From assembly GCA_036679605.1 (NCBI GenBank), contig JAZDCZ010000386.1, forward strand, positions 96,001 through 160,000: a DNA stretch of 64,000 nucleotides, in the 5' to 3' direction. The notes under the pieces are model-generated. The model was given only the letters and a program-made list of their open reading frames with translations, ran no database searches and was not told where the DNA came from. Position numbers and translations under genes: made by a program. Positions 62,561-64,000 of the stretch are shown in pieces (within the stretch, counting starts at the first letter, position 1; each line of letters opens with the position of its first letter). Origin of the DNA: Gemmatimonadota bacterium (GTDB taxonomy: Bacteria; Gemmatimonadota; Gemmatimonadetes; Gemmatimonadales; GWC2-71-9).

Positions 62561-64000
62561 ATGGCTTATCAGAGCGAAATAGAGAAGCTGGAACAGCGCT
62601 ACGAAGAGAACCGCAAGCAGTGGTTCGCCGCGTTGGCTGACTCGTACCGCAAGGCCGGCGACGTCGATCTAGCGCTGGACGTGGTGCGCGGTGGCTTGGA
62701 GGAGCGGCCCGACTATGCGAGCGCGCACATAGTGCTAGGCCGCTGCCTGCTGGCGAAAGAGGACGATCCCGGGGCCGGCGGCGCCTTTGAGCGGGTGTTG
62801 GACCTCGATCCCGAGAACATCATTGCCCTCAAATCTCTCTCTGATATCTCCGAGCGAAGTGGAGATACCGATGGGCTGAGGTCCTGGCTCGCACGCCTGC
62901 TGGACGTCGATCCCATGAACCAGGAGGCTCAGGAAAAGCTCAAGGTGCTTGATGCGCCGCCCGCGACAGAGATGCCACCAGAACCTCCGGTGGTCGCAGA
63001 GCCCGAGCCCGTAGCAGAGCCGGAGCCGGTCGCAGAGGTAGAGCCCGAGCCGGGGTTAGAGGTGAGGGTAGAGCCAGGGGCGGCCTGGGCGGCTGAAGCA
63101 ATGGCCGACATGGCAGCGGCGGGGTCGACAATAGAAGAGCCGGCAGTGGATCCCCAATTGCTGGAGGTGGCGGCGGCAGATACGGCGCCGGTGCCGGCTG
63201 TCGATATCGACGCTGCTGCTGATCCGATCGAGGTCGCAGGTGGCCTGGATGAGATAGGGCTGATCGAGGAGCCAGGCGAGCCTCCGGTGGTCGAGGAATT
63301 GGCGATCGAACCGACGTCGTTGGGTGGTGGCGTGCACGACGGCAATACCCTCGAGGTGGAGAGTCTCGATATTGGGTTCGGCCAGCCTGACGAAGCCGAA
63401 CCGCCCCAAGAGTCCCAAGAGGCGTCCGCAGTGGGCGAGATCGAGCAGCCGGCGGAGTGGACGGACGTTGAGGAAGAGCCGGCGGCGGATCCAGGCGCCG
63501 ATGAAGGTGAGATCACCGCTTTTGGCGATACAGCCGATTTTGGAGGGGACGAGCCGGAGGGTGCTGCTGACGAGGACCCGGAGCTAGCCAGGAGTGAGAG
63601 CACGGCTGATTTGGCGGGGTCAATGGAGTTCATTGACATGGTGGAGCAGGCTGAACCAGAGCCTGCAGCCGTAGAACCGAGTCTTGAAGCCGCGAGCACC
63701 GACGAAGCTGAGGTCGAGACAGAGGAAGAGGAAGAACTGCACTTAATAACGCCCGAGGAGGCGGAGGCGGATGCGGAGGCGGATGCGGGGGTGGAGCCGG
63801 GGCCGTTAGTAACCGAAACGATGGCAGAGGTATATGCCCAGCAGGGCCTGTATGACCAGGCCTGCGGCATCTATAGCCAGCTGCTGGAGCACCGCCCGGG
63901 CGATCAGGGCATTATCGACCGGCTTGCCGAGCTGACCGAACAGGCCCGCAGCCCTGTCGCTGCGGATGAAGCGGAACAGAGTCGGGCGGTCCGGTTTTCG
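62561..64000 (+). CDS. TPR protein with long acidic linker, 3' partial (absent from ORF track because no stop in window)
   Basis: MAYQSEIEKLEQRYEEN..FAALADSYRKAG..PDYASAHIVLGRC..LDPENIIAL; later TETMAEVYAQQG. Confidence 0.85.
   Translation, partial: MAYQSEIEKLEQRYEENRKQWFAALADSYRKAGDVDLALDVVRGGLEERPDYASAHIVLGRCLLAKEDDPGAGGAFERVLDLDPENIIALKSLSDISERSGDTDGLRSWLARLLDVDPMNQEAQEKLKVLDAPPATEMPPEPPVVAEPEPVAEPEPVAEVEPEPGLEVRVEPGAAWAAEAMADMAAAGSTIEEPAVDPQLLEVAAADTAPVPAVDIDAAADPIEVAGGLDEIGLIEEPGEPPVVEELAIEPTSLGGGVHDGNTLEVESLDIGFGQPDEAEPPQESQEASAVGEIEQPAEWTDVEEEPAADPGADEGEITAFGDTADFGGDEPEGAADEDPELARSESTADLAGSMEFIDMVEQAEPEPAAVEPSLEAASTDEAEVETEEEEELHLITPEEAEADAEADAGVEPGPLVTETMAEVYAQQGLYDQACGIYSQLLEHRPGDQGIIDRLAELTEQARSPVAADEAEQSRAVRFS
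62993..63052 (+). repeat. imperfect 18-nt in-frame repeat (VAEPEP x about 3)
   Basis: GTCGCAGAGCCCGAGCCC GTAGCAGAGCCGGAGCCG GTCGCAGAGGTAGAGCCCGAGCCG. Confidence 0.7.

Noticed and set aside
1..64000. CRISPR array, rRNA, prophage, defence island or REP family
   Set aside because: No spaced direct repeats or such genes seen; intergenic regions are short and their hairpins are unrelated to each other (by-eye check only)

Overview
Gene-dense core chromosome, mostly on the + strand, from a diderm bacterium with moderately high GC. Protein style and gene order suggest Gemmatimonadota (inference, not a database result). In order: a 2-oxoacid dehydrogenase operon (E1a partial, E1b, E2) interrupted by an antisense IS200 TnpA-like ORF lacking catalytic residues; PHP, trxB, MBL hydrolase; tRNA-Leu(CAG); smpB-amidase-pyrD-pyrF; a stand-alone alpha operon (rpmJ-rpsM-rpsK-rpsD-rpoA-rplQ) and rpmB; a nucleotide-sugar operon (gmd, rmd-like, wbpD/E/B/A-like, ugd, uxs, epimerase) that embeds carB and murB and has no glycosyltransferase; TPR proteins, bamD, nadD, secA, radC, rel, uvrB, tsaE, tsaB, ssb and a LysM protein; a tol-pal operon ending in one 1171-aa ORF that fuses TatC to an LptD-like outer-membrane protein through an internal signal peptide; a lipoprotein with a sigma54-type promoter; hutHUI; an acidic TPR protein that appears to need a CTG start; polyprenyl synthetase, tatA, a SurA/PpiD-like foldase, and a 3'-truncated acidic TPR protein. 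Best leads: the TatC-signal peptide-LptD polyprotein, the dead TnpA-fold protein, the CTG-start SgmX-like TPR protein, the sigma54 module and a 4-Cys insert in SecA. No CRISPR array, rRNA, prophage or intact IS was seen. All calls come from reading motifs by eye.
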